Positions 48,379-56,171 of a stretch of DNA of 64,000 bases are shown here, piece by piece. The notes under the pieces were generated by a model. The model was not told the origin of the DNA and did not search any database. It saw only the letters and a program-made list of their open reading frames with translations. Both the position numbers and the translations under genes were made by a program. The stretch covers positions 1 to 64,000 of the IMG/VR virus record IMGVR_UViG_3300048687_000113. One strand, given 5' to 3'. The stretch is from a virus. Every line of letters begins with the position of its first letter. Positions within the stretch are counted from its first letter, which is position 1.

Positions 48379-48544
48379 AGCTCCAAGAAAGCACCGAGGA
48401 GCTACAGCCGGCGTGGGCCTCCACACAGCTCCAAGAAAGCAGCGAGGAGCTGCTGCCGGTGGTGACCGCCATGGGTAGCTCCAGGTTCCAGTCAAGGAGC
48501 TAGCGGTCCCGCCGACGGAACCTCCAAGGATCAGCCGAGGAGGT
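48379..48544. repeat. Four 25-bp palindromic units A(G/C)CTCC-N13-GGAG(C/G)T with unique 18-25 bp spacers
   Basis: Units at 48379, 48427, 48477 and 48520. Confidence 0.8.
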
Positions 48545-48557
48545 TCCGCTGGGGAGG

Positions 48558-48944
48558 TTAGCGCGTGCCCTCTGCTGCGGGCAGGGCCGGTGTCTGGGCG
48601 ACGCGGCCCTTGCGGACGCGGCGGCGGTGCCGGCGCTCGGCTCGACGGTTTTCCTTCGGGTTCCATCCGAGAGGGTGGTGCCACGGCTTGCGGACGTTCA
48701 CGCACTCGTCCGGGGCGTAGTAGCGCGGGTCGTCGGGCCGGGTGCGGGGACGTCGTGTGAGGCAGAGGCGGCAGGCGCTGAGGTTCTGGTCGTCGAGGTG
48801 GGTGCGGGCCCTGTCGAAGAAGTGGGCCAGGATCTCCGCGTCCCGCTGGGCCTGCTGTTCGGGGGTGAGCGGGGGGTGGGCGGCTCGGTATGCCTCGCCC
48901 CAGCGGGTGAGTAACTCGCCGACGGTGATGGTGTGTTGGCTCAT
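48558..48944 (-). CDS. Basic hypothetical protein (probably leaderless)
   Basis: TACATT -10 six nt before ATG. Confidence 0.65.
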   Translation of the reverse strand: MSQHTITVGELLTRWGEAYRAAHPPLTPEQQAQRDAEILAHFFDRARTHLDDQNLSACRLCLTRRPRTRPDDPRYYAPDECVNVRKPWHHPLGWNPKENRRAERRHRRRVRKGRVAQTPALPAAEGTR

Positions 48945-48948
48945 GGCG

Positions 48949-48988
48949 GCAATGTAGTGCGCACGCAGTTGCGTACGCACTACATTGC
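48949..48988. promoter_or_regulatory. 40-bp palindromic operator/promoter with tandem TGCGTACGCA-like boxes
   Basis: GCAATGTAGTGCGCACGCAGTTGCGTACGCACTACATTGC. Confidence 0.75.
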
Positions 48989-49011
48989 GTTGAAGTTGGC
49001 CTGTTGCGGGT

Positions 49012-49338
49012 TCAGGCGGAGCGTTGGGAGCTGGCGCGGAGCTGGGCGACGACCAGCTCGTGGGCGGCTTCGGCCTCGATGACGGTGCAGGGGTGATGGC
49101 CGGCCCACTCGTCTCGCCAGCGGTTGTTGCGGCAGACGCCGGTGTGGAACATGCTGCCGGCGCCTACCACGCCGGAGTCGATTCCTTCCCACATGGTGCG
49201 CACGAGGAGGTCGTCGACTTCGGTCTCGGCCACCAGGCGGTACTCGATGTCGGCGAAGAGAACGGCCCACTCCATCACGGCCAGGGGCCGGCCCTCCTTG
49301 TCACGGTGGCAGATTCGGTCGGTGGTCTGCTCGTGCAC
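49012..49338 (-). CDS. Phage hypothetical protein (same family as 52207-52647)
   Basis: AGGAGGAG RBS; GRP...L.ADIE.R...VRT...A...H pattern. Confidence 0.7.
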   Translation of the reverse strand: MHEQTTDRICHRDKEGRPLAVMEWAVLFADIEYRLVAETEVDDLLVRTMWEGIDSGVVGAGSMFHTGVCRNNRWRDEWAGHHPCTVIEAEAAHELVVAQLRASSQRSA

Positions 49339-49424
49339 TGCTCCTCCTGGCTGGGATTTTGCGTCGCGTCGCCTGCCGGGGCGCAGGCTCCGCCGGCCCC
49401 ATGTTGGGTGAAGTGCCTGCCCGT

Positions 49425-49446
49425 TGTCAGTCGTGCGTGCCATAGT
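49425..49446 (+). promoter_or_regulatory. Candidate promoter of the CRISPR-like array, PafBC/RecA-NDp-like
   Basis: TGTCAG-N10-CATAGT vs TGTCGG-N10-TANNNT. Confidence 0.4.
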
Positions 49447-49470
49447 GGTTGAGCCGTCGGGAAGTTGGGC

Positions 49471-49854
49471 GGTCTCCCCGCGCGAGCGGGGGTGTACCGG
49501 TTGAAAGGCACGGCCGCGCTGTTGCCTGGATACTTTCCCCGCCGACGCGGGGGTGGTCCTTCTTTGTGTTTGATTGCAGGTAGGGATCTTGATTTGACCC
49601 CGCGCATGCGGGGATGGCTCGATTTCTAAGGGCATAGCACGATGTTCCCCGCGCAAGCGGGGATGGCCCCGCAGTTGAGAGAGCCAGTACTTGCTCCCCG
49701 CACACGCGGGGATGGTCCTGTAGTCAAGAGGGCTGGTATTTGCTCCCCGCGCACGCGGGGATGCTCCGCTTCGGCGGAGGTGGATCGAAACGGCATCTCG
49801 TGAGAGGTCCCTGAAGATCTCAGAAAACCGCTCCGCACACGCGGAGGTACGCGG
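49471..49854 (+). CRISPR. Orphan degenerate type I-E CRISPR-like mini-array (8 repeat hairpins)
   Basis: 29-nt repeats at 49471, 49532, 49593, 49642, 49691, 49740, 49759 (overlaps previous) and 49826; stem CCCCGC-N4-GCGGGG or CTCCGC-N4-GCGGAG; spacers 32, 32, 20, 20, 20 and 38 nt. Confidence 0.9.
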
Positions 49855-49890
49855 AAGGCTCGTCTCCTGGGGAGGCGGGCCTTTCGTCTT
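49855..49890 (+). terminator. Intrinsic terminator closing the array
   Basis: AAGGCTCGTCTCC-TGG-GGAGGCGGGCCTT followed by TCGTCTT. Confidence 0.7.
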
Positions 49891-49947
49891 GCCTGGGATG
49901 TCGGGGGTGTTGGGGATGCGCGGTTTGGCATATGCCAACTCGTGACT

Positions 49948-49970
49948 GTGCGTACGCAGTTGCGTGCGCA
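49948..49970. promoter_or_regulatory. Tandem TGCGTACGCA operator, copy 2
   Basis: GTGCGTACGCAGTTGCGTGCGCA. Confidence 0.7.
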
Positions 49971-50091
49971 GCCACTACCTTCGTGATACGCGCCACATCG
50001 GCCCGGGGAGCGGTCCCGGCCAACGGGTGCGCGGCGCGGGGACGGTCTGCCGGAGTGCGGGCAGGTCGTGACGTTCGGCAGGAGGTTCCCG

Positions 50092-50517
50092 ATGGGTTCG
50101 GTAGACCAGCTCCACAGGATGCTCGGTGAGGTCAACCGGTTGGAGGGTTACGACCCGAGAGCGCCGAAGCTGCCGGCGGTGCCTGCGCACTGCCGCCGGC
50201 ACGGGACACCCTACTCGCCGCAGGACACCATCAACGGGCTGTTGTGCTGCGCCTCGTGCCTGGCGGAGTCGGATCTGAAGCGGTACGAGGAGTCGAAGCA
50301 TGAGCGAGACGGTGATGAGCTGGGAGGCGGCGCGGAGGCTGCTGAAGCGGGACCCGGAGGCGGTGGTGTCGAGCCTGTCGTGGGCGCAGCCGGGCAAATG
50401 CATTTTCAGAGCCAAGGCGTTCGTGGTGGTGCCGGCGGCGGCGATCACCAAGGAGGAGCCGGTGGGCGCGATGCCGATCAGCGAGCAGGAGAGCATTCCG
50501 GCGCTGTGGTTCCGTGA
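50092..50517 (+). CDS. Hypothetical protein with Cys/His motif
   Basis: AGGAGG RBS; C.RH...CCASC; 3' part overlaps the next gene. Confidence 0.5.
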   Translation: MGSVDQLHRMLGEVNRLEGYDPRAPKLPAVPAHCRRHGTPYSPQDTINGLLCCASCLAESDLKRYEESKHERDGDELGGGAEAAEAGPGGGGVEPVVGAAGQMHFQSQGVRGGAGGGDHQGGAGGRDADQRAGEHSGAVVP

Positions 50518-50608
50518 CCAGGCGGGGCGGGTGGGCCCGTATGCCGGTTCGGCGTTCGGGGATGAGCGTGATGACTGGGTGGTGGGGCCGTCGGTCGGCG
50601 ATTCCTGA
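50300..50608 (+). CDS. Hypothetical protein
   Basis: GAGGAG RBS. Confidence 0.6.
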   Translation: MSETVMSWEAARRLLKRDPEAVVSSLSWAQPGKCIFRAKAFVVVPAAAITKEEPVGAMPISEQESIPALWFRDQAGRVGPYAGSAFGDERDDWVVGPSVGDS

Positions 50609-50639
50609 CGCGGTGCGGGCCGCAGCCTCTTTTGTGCTG

Positions 50640-50702
50640 GCCCCGCAGGTGTGTCGTCCTCCCCCGGCCGGCACGCCTGCGGGGTCTTTTTGTGTCTTTT
50701 TT
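50640..50702 (+). terminator. Intrinsic terminator
   Basis: CCCCGCAGG/CCTGCGGGG stem and long T-tracts. Confidence 0.75.
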
Positions 50703-50746
50703 CGCGGTGGGACGATTGCGGTCAAATGCCTTGTAAGGAGACCGGT

Positions 50747-51640
50747 ATGGCCGTGACGAGTTCCGCGACGTTGTCCGCTGGTGAAGTGCCGGCCGAGGTT
50801 TCGGTGGAGGTTGTTTCCGATACGAGCGTTCGGGTCTCCTGGACGAGTGCGGAGGACCCGCTGGGCTTTGTCGTGGCGTGGTCGGTCGCCGGCGCGGAAG
50901 CCTGGACGGAGCGGCAGGTGTCGGGGGGCGCGCGGAGCCTGGTGGCGACGGGGCTGCGGCCGGGGACGGGGTACGTGTTCCGGGTGCAGTCCGAGTCGGT
51001 CTGGAGTACGGAGGCCGGCGCGGAGACGACGGGCTCGACGCTCGGGGCGCCCACGCTGCTCGTGGGCGACATCCTGGACCGCAACGCGAGTGTGAGTGTG
51101 CTGTCCCCATTCCTGGTGAGCCAGGCGCGTGTCGTCGAGGCGCAGGTGCGGGACACCCGGACGGACAGTCCCTGGTATTCCGTCTCGGATGTGCCGTGGA
51201 ATCTGGCGGCGGTGGGTCTGTATGAGACGGGGTTCGGGCTGAAGGGGCTGTCGACGGGAACCACGTATGCGGTGCGGGCCCGGGTCACGGCCGGCGAGGT
51301 GGTGTCGGAGTGGTCGCCGGAGACGCGGTTCACGACGACTGGGACCAGGAGTGGGAAGCCGAGCCTGTCGGTGGTGGCGGACTCGGCGACGTACAGCTCG
51401 GTGAAGCTGACGTGGGGGACGTCGCTGAAGGCGACGGTGCGGATTCACCGGTGGGTCAGGTCGACGTCGCCGGGCTCTCCGTTCCTGTCGCAGCAGGTCG
51501 GGTATTCCACGGACCTGGCGGGGACATTCACGGACTCGGGTCTGTCCCAGGGGACGGACTATTGGTACACGGTCGAGTGGGTGCGGGATTCGCGGACGAT
51601 CAGTGTTTCGAATCCTGTTGCTGTACGAACGCGGGGCTAG
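50747..51640 (+). CDS. Fibronectin type III domain protein
   Basis: VRVSW...TGLRPGTGYVFRV; about three FN3-like domains; AAGGAG RBS. Confidence 0.8.
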   Translation: MAVTSSATLSAGEVPAEVSVEVVSDTSVRVSWTSAEDPLGFVVAWSVAGAEAWTERQVSGGARSLVATGLRPGTGYVFRVQSESVWSTEAGAETTGSTLGAPTLLVGDILDRNASVSVLSPFLVSQARVVEAQVRDTRTDSPWYSVSDVPWNLAAVGLYETGFGLKGLSTGTTYAVRARVTAGEVVSEWSPETRFTTTGTRSGKPSLSVVADSATYSSVKLTWGTSLKATVRIHRWVRSTSPGSPFLSQQVGYSTDLAGTFTDSGLSQGTDYWYTVEWVRDSRTISVSNPVAVRTRG

Positions 51641-51973
51641 GGGAGGCTGGTTCGGGGCGGGTGCCGCACTGTTATTCAGGTGATGGGGATAACGGACGCG
51701 AAGCGCCTGGACTTTCACCTCGCGGATAAGGCATGTGCCCGCGTAGAAACTGTGCTGTATTCGTGAAGAAATACGGCAGACGACAGTTGCCGGTGATACC
51801 TGGTGGGGCGTATGAGTGTTCGCCAGCAATCACGAACCCAGGCCATACCCCTTACCGGGGGTGACCGTACTGCCGAGTAGTCTCGCTATTCGGGACACCA
51901 TCTCCGGCATTTCGGATGCATTCACCGAGCGGCATATGCCGAGCACGCATCCACCCGGAGCACAAGGCCGCCG

Positions 51974-51989
51974 TCACTCATTCGAGTGA
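51974..51989. promoter_or_regulatory. BldM-box-like palindrome
   Basis: TCACTCATTCGAGTGA; intergenic. Confidence 0.6.
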
Positions 51990-52206
51990 CAGGCCAACAA
52001 TTTTTCAATTCCGCCGTGACTGACCCCGGGGCGTGTGGGTTGATAGTTCTGCGGTGGACACGGCGGGCCCCCGAGCCTCTTCCATTTGCTCTCGGGGGCT
52101 TGCTGTCCGCCAAGGCCGGTCCGGCACAGAGGCCGCGCAGCAAACCCCCCCTGCCTGCGCCTGCCTCTGTGCCGGGCCCTTCCGTTTTGAAGGGAGAGAA
52201 ACTGTC

Positions 52207-52647
52207 GTGTCAGTTAGCGAGTTGGTCTCCGCCCCTACGGGTCCTTCACGGCTTTCTTTCGCATTCGGCCTGGACGGCAGGCCGGCTTCACGCCACGAAG
52301 CCGCTCATCTGCTCGCCGATATCGAGCACAGGACCCTGCATAAGACGGACCTCAGGCTGGCGACGGGCGATTGGGTCACCGTCCGCACGGTCTGCCTGGT
52401 CTTCGACCCGGACTTGCAGGCCGGCGAGCTGGTCTCTGCCGATTACCGGCCGCGTGTGTGGGGCACCGCCCTCTACACGCCGGCCCCGGAGAATGCGCTT
52501 CTGGAGGTGCTGTGCGGCTACGACGACGCGGACCAGGCCGTCGAGGAACACAAGCAGGCCCTGGCGATGGTCGCGGTGGGAGCCAACAGCCCTGGCAGGG
52601 AACCGAATTGGGCTGCTGGGCTGTCGTGGACGGGGCCGGGCCAGTGA
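52207..52647 (+). CDS. Phage hypothetical protein (same family as 49012-49338)
   Basis: GRP...LLADIEHR...VRTV...A.EEH. Confidence 0.7.
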   Translation: MSVSELVSAPTGPSRLSFAFGLDGRPASRHEAAHLLADIEHRTLHKTDLRLATGDWVTVRTVCLVFDPDLQAGELVSADYRPRVWGTALYTPAPENALLEVLCGYDDADQAVEEHKQALAMVAVGANSPGREPNWAAGLSWTGPGQ

Positions 52648-52910
52648 CGCTGCCCACGCTGTTCGTGCCGCATGTGCCGGACGGCGACCAGGGCCTGGTC
52701 CTGCGAGTCAACGGTGTTGCGCCGGAACCGTGCGGGCGTCGCTGGTACGTCCTGACGATGGAGGGCGTCGCCTACCGCTTGCCCCGGGCGCTGTGGCCGT
52801 GGGCCATGGAGCTGGACGCGCAGATGCGCCGGCGCGAGCGGCGGATGCCGGCCTCGTTTGCTTTCCGCCGTACTGGCGAGACGCTCTCCGCCGAGTCGAT
52901 CTCGGCGTGA
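52644..52910 (+). CDS. Hypothetical protein (paralogue of the next gene)
   Basis: YRLPRALWPWAMELD. Confidence 0.65.
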   Translation: MTLPTLFVPHVPDGDQGLVLRVNGVAPEPCGRRWYVLTMEGVAYRLPRALWPWAMELDAQMRRRERRMPASFAFRRTGETLSAESISA

Positions 52911-52926
52911 GACGAGAGGAGATGGG

Positions 52927-53259
52927 ATGCAGACGCCTTTCACCGGCGCCAACCTTCAACGGCTGCTCGCCGAGGTGCGCGCCGCGCGGGAGTTCCGCAT
53001 CGACGAGGGCTACACGCGCCGACGAACGGAGCTGAAGGCGGTGTGGGCCGACGAGGCGACCGGCCTGGTGTGGATCGAGGCACACAACGGCACCTGGCGC
53101 CTGCCACGGGAGTTCCTGCCGTGGGCCCTGGAGGTCGACAGACGCGCGTATGCGGTCCTCGGGCACGGCGAGGTGTTCCCGTGCGGTGCGGTTTTCGAGC
53201 GAATACACAATGGCTCTTGGGAAGTGGAGATTTTCCCCGATGTACTCGCTGTTCGATGA
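52927..53259 (+). CDS. Hypothetical protein (paralogue of the previous gene)
   Basis: WRLPREFLPWALEVD. Confidence 0.65.
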   Translation: MQTPFTGANLQRLLAEVRAAREFRIDEGYTRRRTELKAVWADEATGLVWIEAHNGTWRLPREFLPWALEVDRRAYAVLGHGEVFPCGAVFERIHNGSWEVEIFPDVLAVR

Positions 53260-53300
53260 CGCAAGAATGCCGCACTCCAGGCACCCGGAGTGCGGCATTC

Positions 53301-53546
53301 TCATGCATGGACTTCCTCAATCCGCCAGCCAGTGTGGCACGTTGCGCGATCGGGGCCATCCGCCGTTCGAGGGAGGGCGCTGTCGATGTCCGCCGGCTGG
53401 TTGCTCCAGCGCCAGCGCGCCCCGTCCCACACGACGAGCTGGCCGTGGGACGGGCACACGCAGCACTGCCCCGGCTGGGTCTCGGGGTCCACGGCGAACA
53501 CGGCCAGGGCCTCGACGATGCAGCGGCATGCCGTCAGGCCGCTCAT
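53301..53546 (-). CDS. Small Cys-rich protein
   Basis: ATGA coupling. Confidence 0.5.
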   Translation of the reverse strand: MSGLTACRCIVEALAVFAVDPETQPGQCCVCPSHGQLVVWDGARWRWSNQPADIDSALPRTADGPDRATCHTGWRIEEVHA

Positions 53547-53896
53547 GCGGCCGGTTTCCCGTCGCAGGTCGCCTTCGTCCAGTGCCAGTAGCCGCACGGG
53601 CACAGCCGCATGCCGTGGGCGTCGTCCTGGAGCTGGTAGACGCACCGCACGCTCTCGCCGGCCGGCCACGGCGGACGGTGGTAGACGGCCCAGGCGCGAA
53701 GCGAGGCGCCGCAGCAGCGCATCCACCCCCCGCCCTTGGTCTGCGGGGGCGTGAAGGCGTCCGGGTCGGCGTCGAAGACCGCCTGAGCGGGATAGAAGTC
53801 GTGGCAGTCCCCGCAGTACCCGTACTCCATTTGGGTGGGGCTCAATTCATTGTTGCACTCGGGGCAAACGGCCCCGGTCTCGTGCCGTGAATCCAT
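53543..53896 (-). CDS. Zn-ribbon hypothetical protein
   Basis: CPEC..CGDC; likely leaderless. Confidence 0.6.
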   Translation of the reverse strand: MDSRHETGAVCPECNNELSPTQMEYGYCGDCHDFYPAQAVFDADPDAFTPPQTKGGGWMRCCGASLRAWAVYHRPPWPAGESVRCVYQLQDDAHGMRLCPCGYWHWTKATCDGKPAA

Positions 53897-53909
53897 AGGG
53901 GGGACAGTA

Positions 53910-54410
53910 ATGGCTACGATGCCGATCATGCCGGAAGCAGTGAGTGTCGGAACTGACTGGCGTCTCCTCGGGTGCGCCTATGTTCAGTTCTTCGTCACCA
54001 AGGACAGGACCAACCAACGGCTCCTGGAATCACATCCCTTCGACCTCTCGGCGAGTGTCGGCCGACTGGCTTATGCCATCAGTGAGGAGGTGTTCTTCCC
54101 GAAAGTGTTCGGGGTCGAGACCGACAGTTCCTACCGTGCCGTCGAAAGCCTGCGCCACCACGATCCCGCCTTCGGTGCCGCGTGGCTGCGCCGGGCGCGT
54201 TACCGACGCCAGGGCTTGGGCCTTACCCTCGCACCAAAGCGCAGGTCACGGCACGTTGCGGCCGATATTGCCCGCATGCTGTGCGCCTCCTGGGCGCACG
54301 CCCACGACCCGCAGCAGCATGCGTTCCAGGTCTGCGACATCGTGCCGGTGATGCTCGATGAAATCCGCTCGGGGCTACGCCATTCGAGTGAGTACCCAAC
54401 AGATCCGTAA
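53910..54410 (+). CDS. Hypothetical protein
   Basis: ORF; start uncertain. Confidence 0.55.
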   Translation: MATMPIMPEAVSVGTDWRLLGCAYVQFFVTKDRTNQRLLESHPFDLSASVGRLAYAISEEVFFPKVFGVETDSSYRAVESLRHHDPAFGAAWLRRARYRRQGLGLTLAPKRRSRHVAADIARMLCASWAHAHDPQQHAFQVCDIVPVMLDEIRSGLRHSSEYPTDP

Positions 54411-54586
54411 CCGATCAGGAGGCCACGCGTTTATGGGTTTGTACGGTGTCTATCTGGGCGCCCGGCCTGCCCTCGTCGGCCGGTGTGCATCCCGGATACC
54501 TGTGCACGGGAGTCCCCTGGTGCCGCATCCACACAGGGGGCTCCCTTTTTTGCCTGCTTTGACGCCGAACAAGCGAAGGGAGTGCC

Positions 54587-54835
54587 ATGACTGAGAAAAT
54601 GCAAGTGCTCCAAGCACTGTCCCGTACAGCAGACGCCAATATGTGGGACATCTCCGAGTCTCTCGCCGTTCTGCCGGGCCGCGTCTTCGCCGCGCTCCAG
54701 GCGCTCATCCGGGAGGGGATGGTCACCAGTGACCGGCCGGCCGACGACCTCCGGTACGCGCTCACCGATGCCGGCCGCGACACCGTTGTCTCCTGGGAGC
54801 CGGCCCTGCGGCGCGAGGAGGCAAGCCGTGCCTGA
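54587..54835 (+). CDS. Small winged-helix protein
   Basis: DISESL..ALQALIREGMV..YALTDAGR. Confidence 0.7.
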   Translation: MTEKMQVLQALSRTADANMWDISESLAVLPGRVFAALQALIREGMVTSDRPADDLRYALTDAGRDTVVSWEPALRREEASRA

Positions 54836-55250
54836 TGAACCCACCCTCGACCTGCGACCCGACCGGGCCGCCGAACTTCTTCAGAGCCTGATGGAAGTGC
54901 TCTACCTCTCCACGGCCTGCGCGCTGGGGCACCACTCCATGTGCCGGGGCGTGGAACCCTTCCGGGGCCTCGTGTGCTGCTGCCTCGACTGCGAGCACAC
55001 CGACGTCCACAGCACCGGGCCGACCTCGGCCGGCGTCCCCCTGCTGCACAAAGTACTCGCGGAGGAAGAGCGGCTCGACAGCCACAGCTACCTCGACGGC
55101 GACGATCTCGGGGTGCGCACCGACCTCGTCGAGGCCCTGGAGAAAGACCTCGAAGAGGCCGACCCACACACGAGCCCCGAGAAGCGCCGGCTGCTGGCCG
55201 TGCAGCTCGGAGTCACCGCGTGCCTCATCTTCGCCCCCAGGGGCCTTTGA
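54828..55250 (+). CDS. Hypothetical protein
   Basis: YLSTAC..H..C..C.C.CEH motif; GGAGG RBS. Confidence 0.65.
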   Translation: MPDEPTLDLRPDRAAELLQSLMEVLYLSTACALGHHSMCRGVEPFRGLVCCCLDCEHTDVHSTGPTSAGVPLLHKVLAEEERLDSHSYLDGDDLGVRTDLVEALEKDLEEADPHTSPEKRRLLAVQLGVTACLIFAPRGL

Positions 55251-55397
55251 CACTCAGGGCTCCGCCGTTCGGGCGAGACAGAAACAGTTCCACAACTGCC
55301 GTGATTCCCCGGGAAATGCGCTTCGGAAGTGAGGCGCAGTCCTTTCACCCGTGCGGCCGTCCGTGTCGCCGGCAACAGTTGCTGGCTGCTCGTGACC

Positions 55398-55736
55398 ATG
55401 GGCGTCATGCACAGCGAGCTGGAATCCGGACTGACCGTGTACCGCGAGCGCGCCTATCTGCTGGGCGGCTATGTAGCCATGTTCGGCGGTGTGTTCTCCC
55501 ACACCGACCAACAGGCCCCCGACTACCCGGTCCTGTACGTCGAGACCCCGAAGGGCCAGGTCTCCTGGCACATCCACCCCGACGACCTGGATTGCTTCGA
55601 CGGGCTGAACATCCCCAGCATTGACGCCTACCCGTGGGACGGCCACTCCACGGAGGAGAAGTACTTGCGCGTCCAGGCGCTCAATCTACTGATCCCGAAA
55701 ATGACCTACGCACGCCCCCGTTACGGAAACCCGTAA
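55398..55736 (+). CDS. WDGH-motif protein
   Basis: YRER, TPKGQVSWH, WDGHST. Confidence 0.75.
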   Translation: MGVMHSELESGLTVYRERAYLLGGYVAMFGGVFSHTDQQAPDYPVLYVETPKGQVSWHIHPDDLDCFDGLNIPSIDAYPWDGHSTEEKYLRVQALNLLIPKMTYARPRYGNP

Positions 55737-55859
55737 CCCCCGAGCTGAGGCCCGCGTTCTGAGACATTCCCCGAGCCAGGACGCGGGCCTCACCCCAGCC
55801 ACGATTACCACGCACAATTTTGCGGCGGCCACCGTGGATTACACCCCACCCGAAACGAG

Positions 55860-56171
55860 GTGACCGTCATGCCGCTCGTCAGGCGCCCCAATCCGTCGTG
55901 GCAGGCGTTCCAGGAGGTGCTCCCCGGCACCCCCACCGGCGGCCCTCGAAGCCAGCTCGCGGCCGGCTGGCCCACCGAGCTGCCCGACCCCCGGGCCGGC
56001 GCCACCCCCGCCCTCGAAGCCGCGTCCCTGCCGCGCCCCACCGCACAGCCCGGCACCACCCCGGTACGCGGCCGGCCCACCCGCTCCCAGCTCGGCCTCG
56101 GCGCCTCCCCCACCGGAGCGCCGGCCACCACCAACGGCCGCTCCAGCATCTTCTCCGCGCCCACCTACTGA
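55860..56171 (+). CDS. Pro-rich hypothetical protein
   Basis: GAGG RBS. Confidence 0.5.
   Translation: MTVMPLVRRPNPSWQAFQEVLPGTPTGGPRSQLAAGWPTELPDPRAGATPALEAASLPRPTAQPGTTPVRGRPTRSQLGLGASPTGAPATTNGRSSIFSAPTY

Noticed and set aside
49500-49690. Spacer translations resembling protein motifs (VERHGRAVAW, Phd-like; YWLSQL, IS701-like)
   Set aside because: Too short to be significant without a search, and the paralogous spacer has a stop codon in the YWLS frame.
49339-50135. Long ORFs crossing the array (extension of 49012-49938, and 49626-50135)
   Set aside because: They translate repeat sequence (HPRxRGE, IPACAG), typical of spurious CRISPR ORFs. The real gene starts at GTG 49338 with a strong RBS.
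46703-51864. BldD-box-like TNAC-N5-GTNA sites (for example 51852-51864)
   Set aside because: The motif has too little information; several chance hits are expected in 64 kb.
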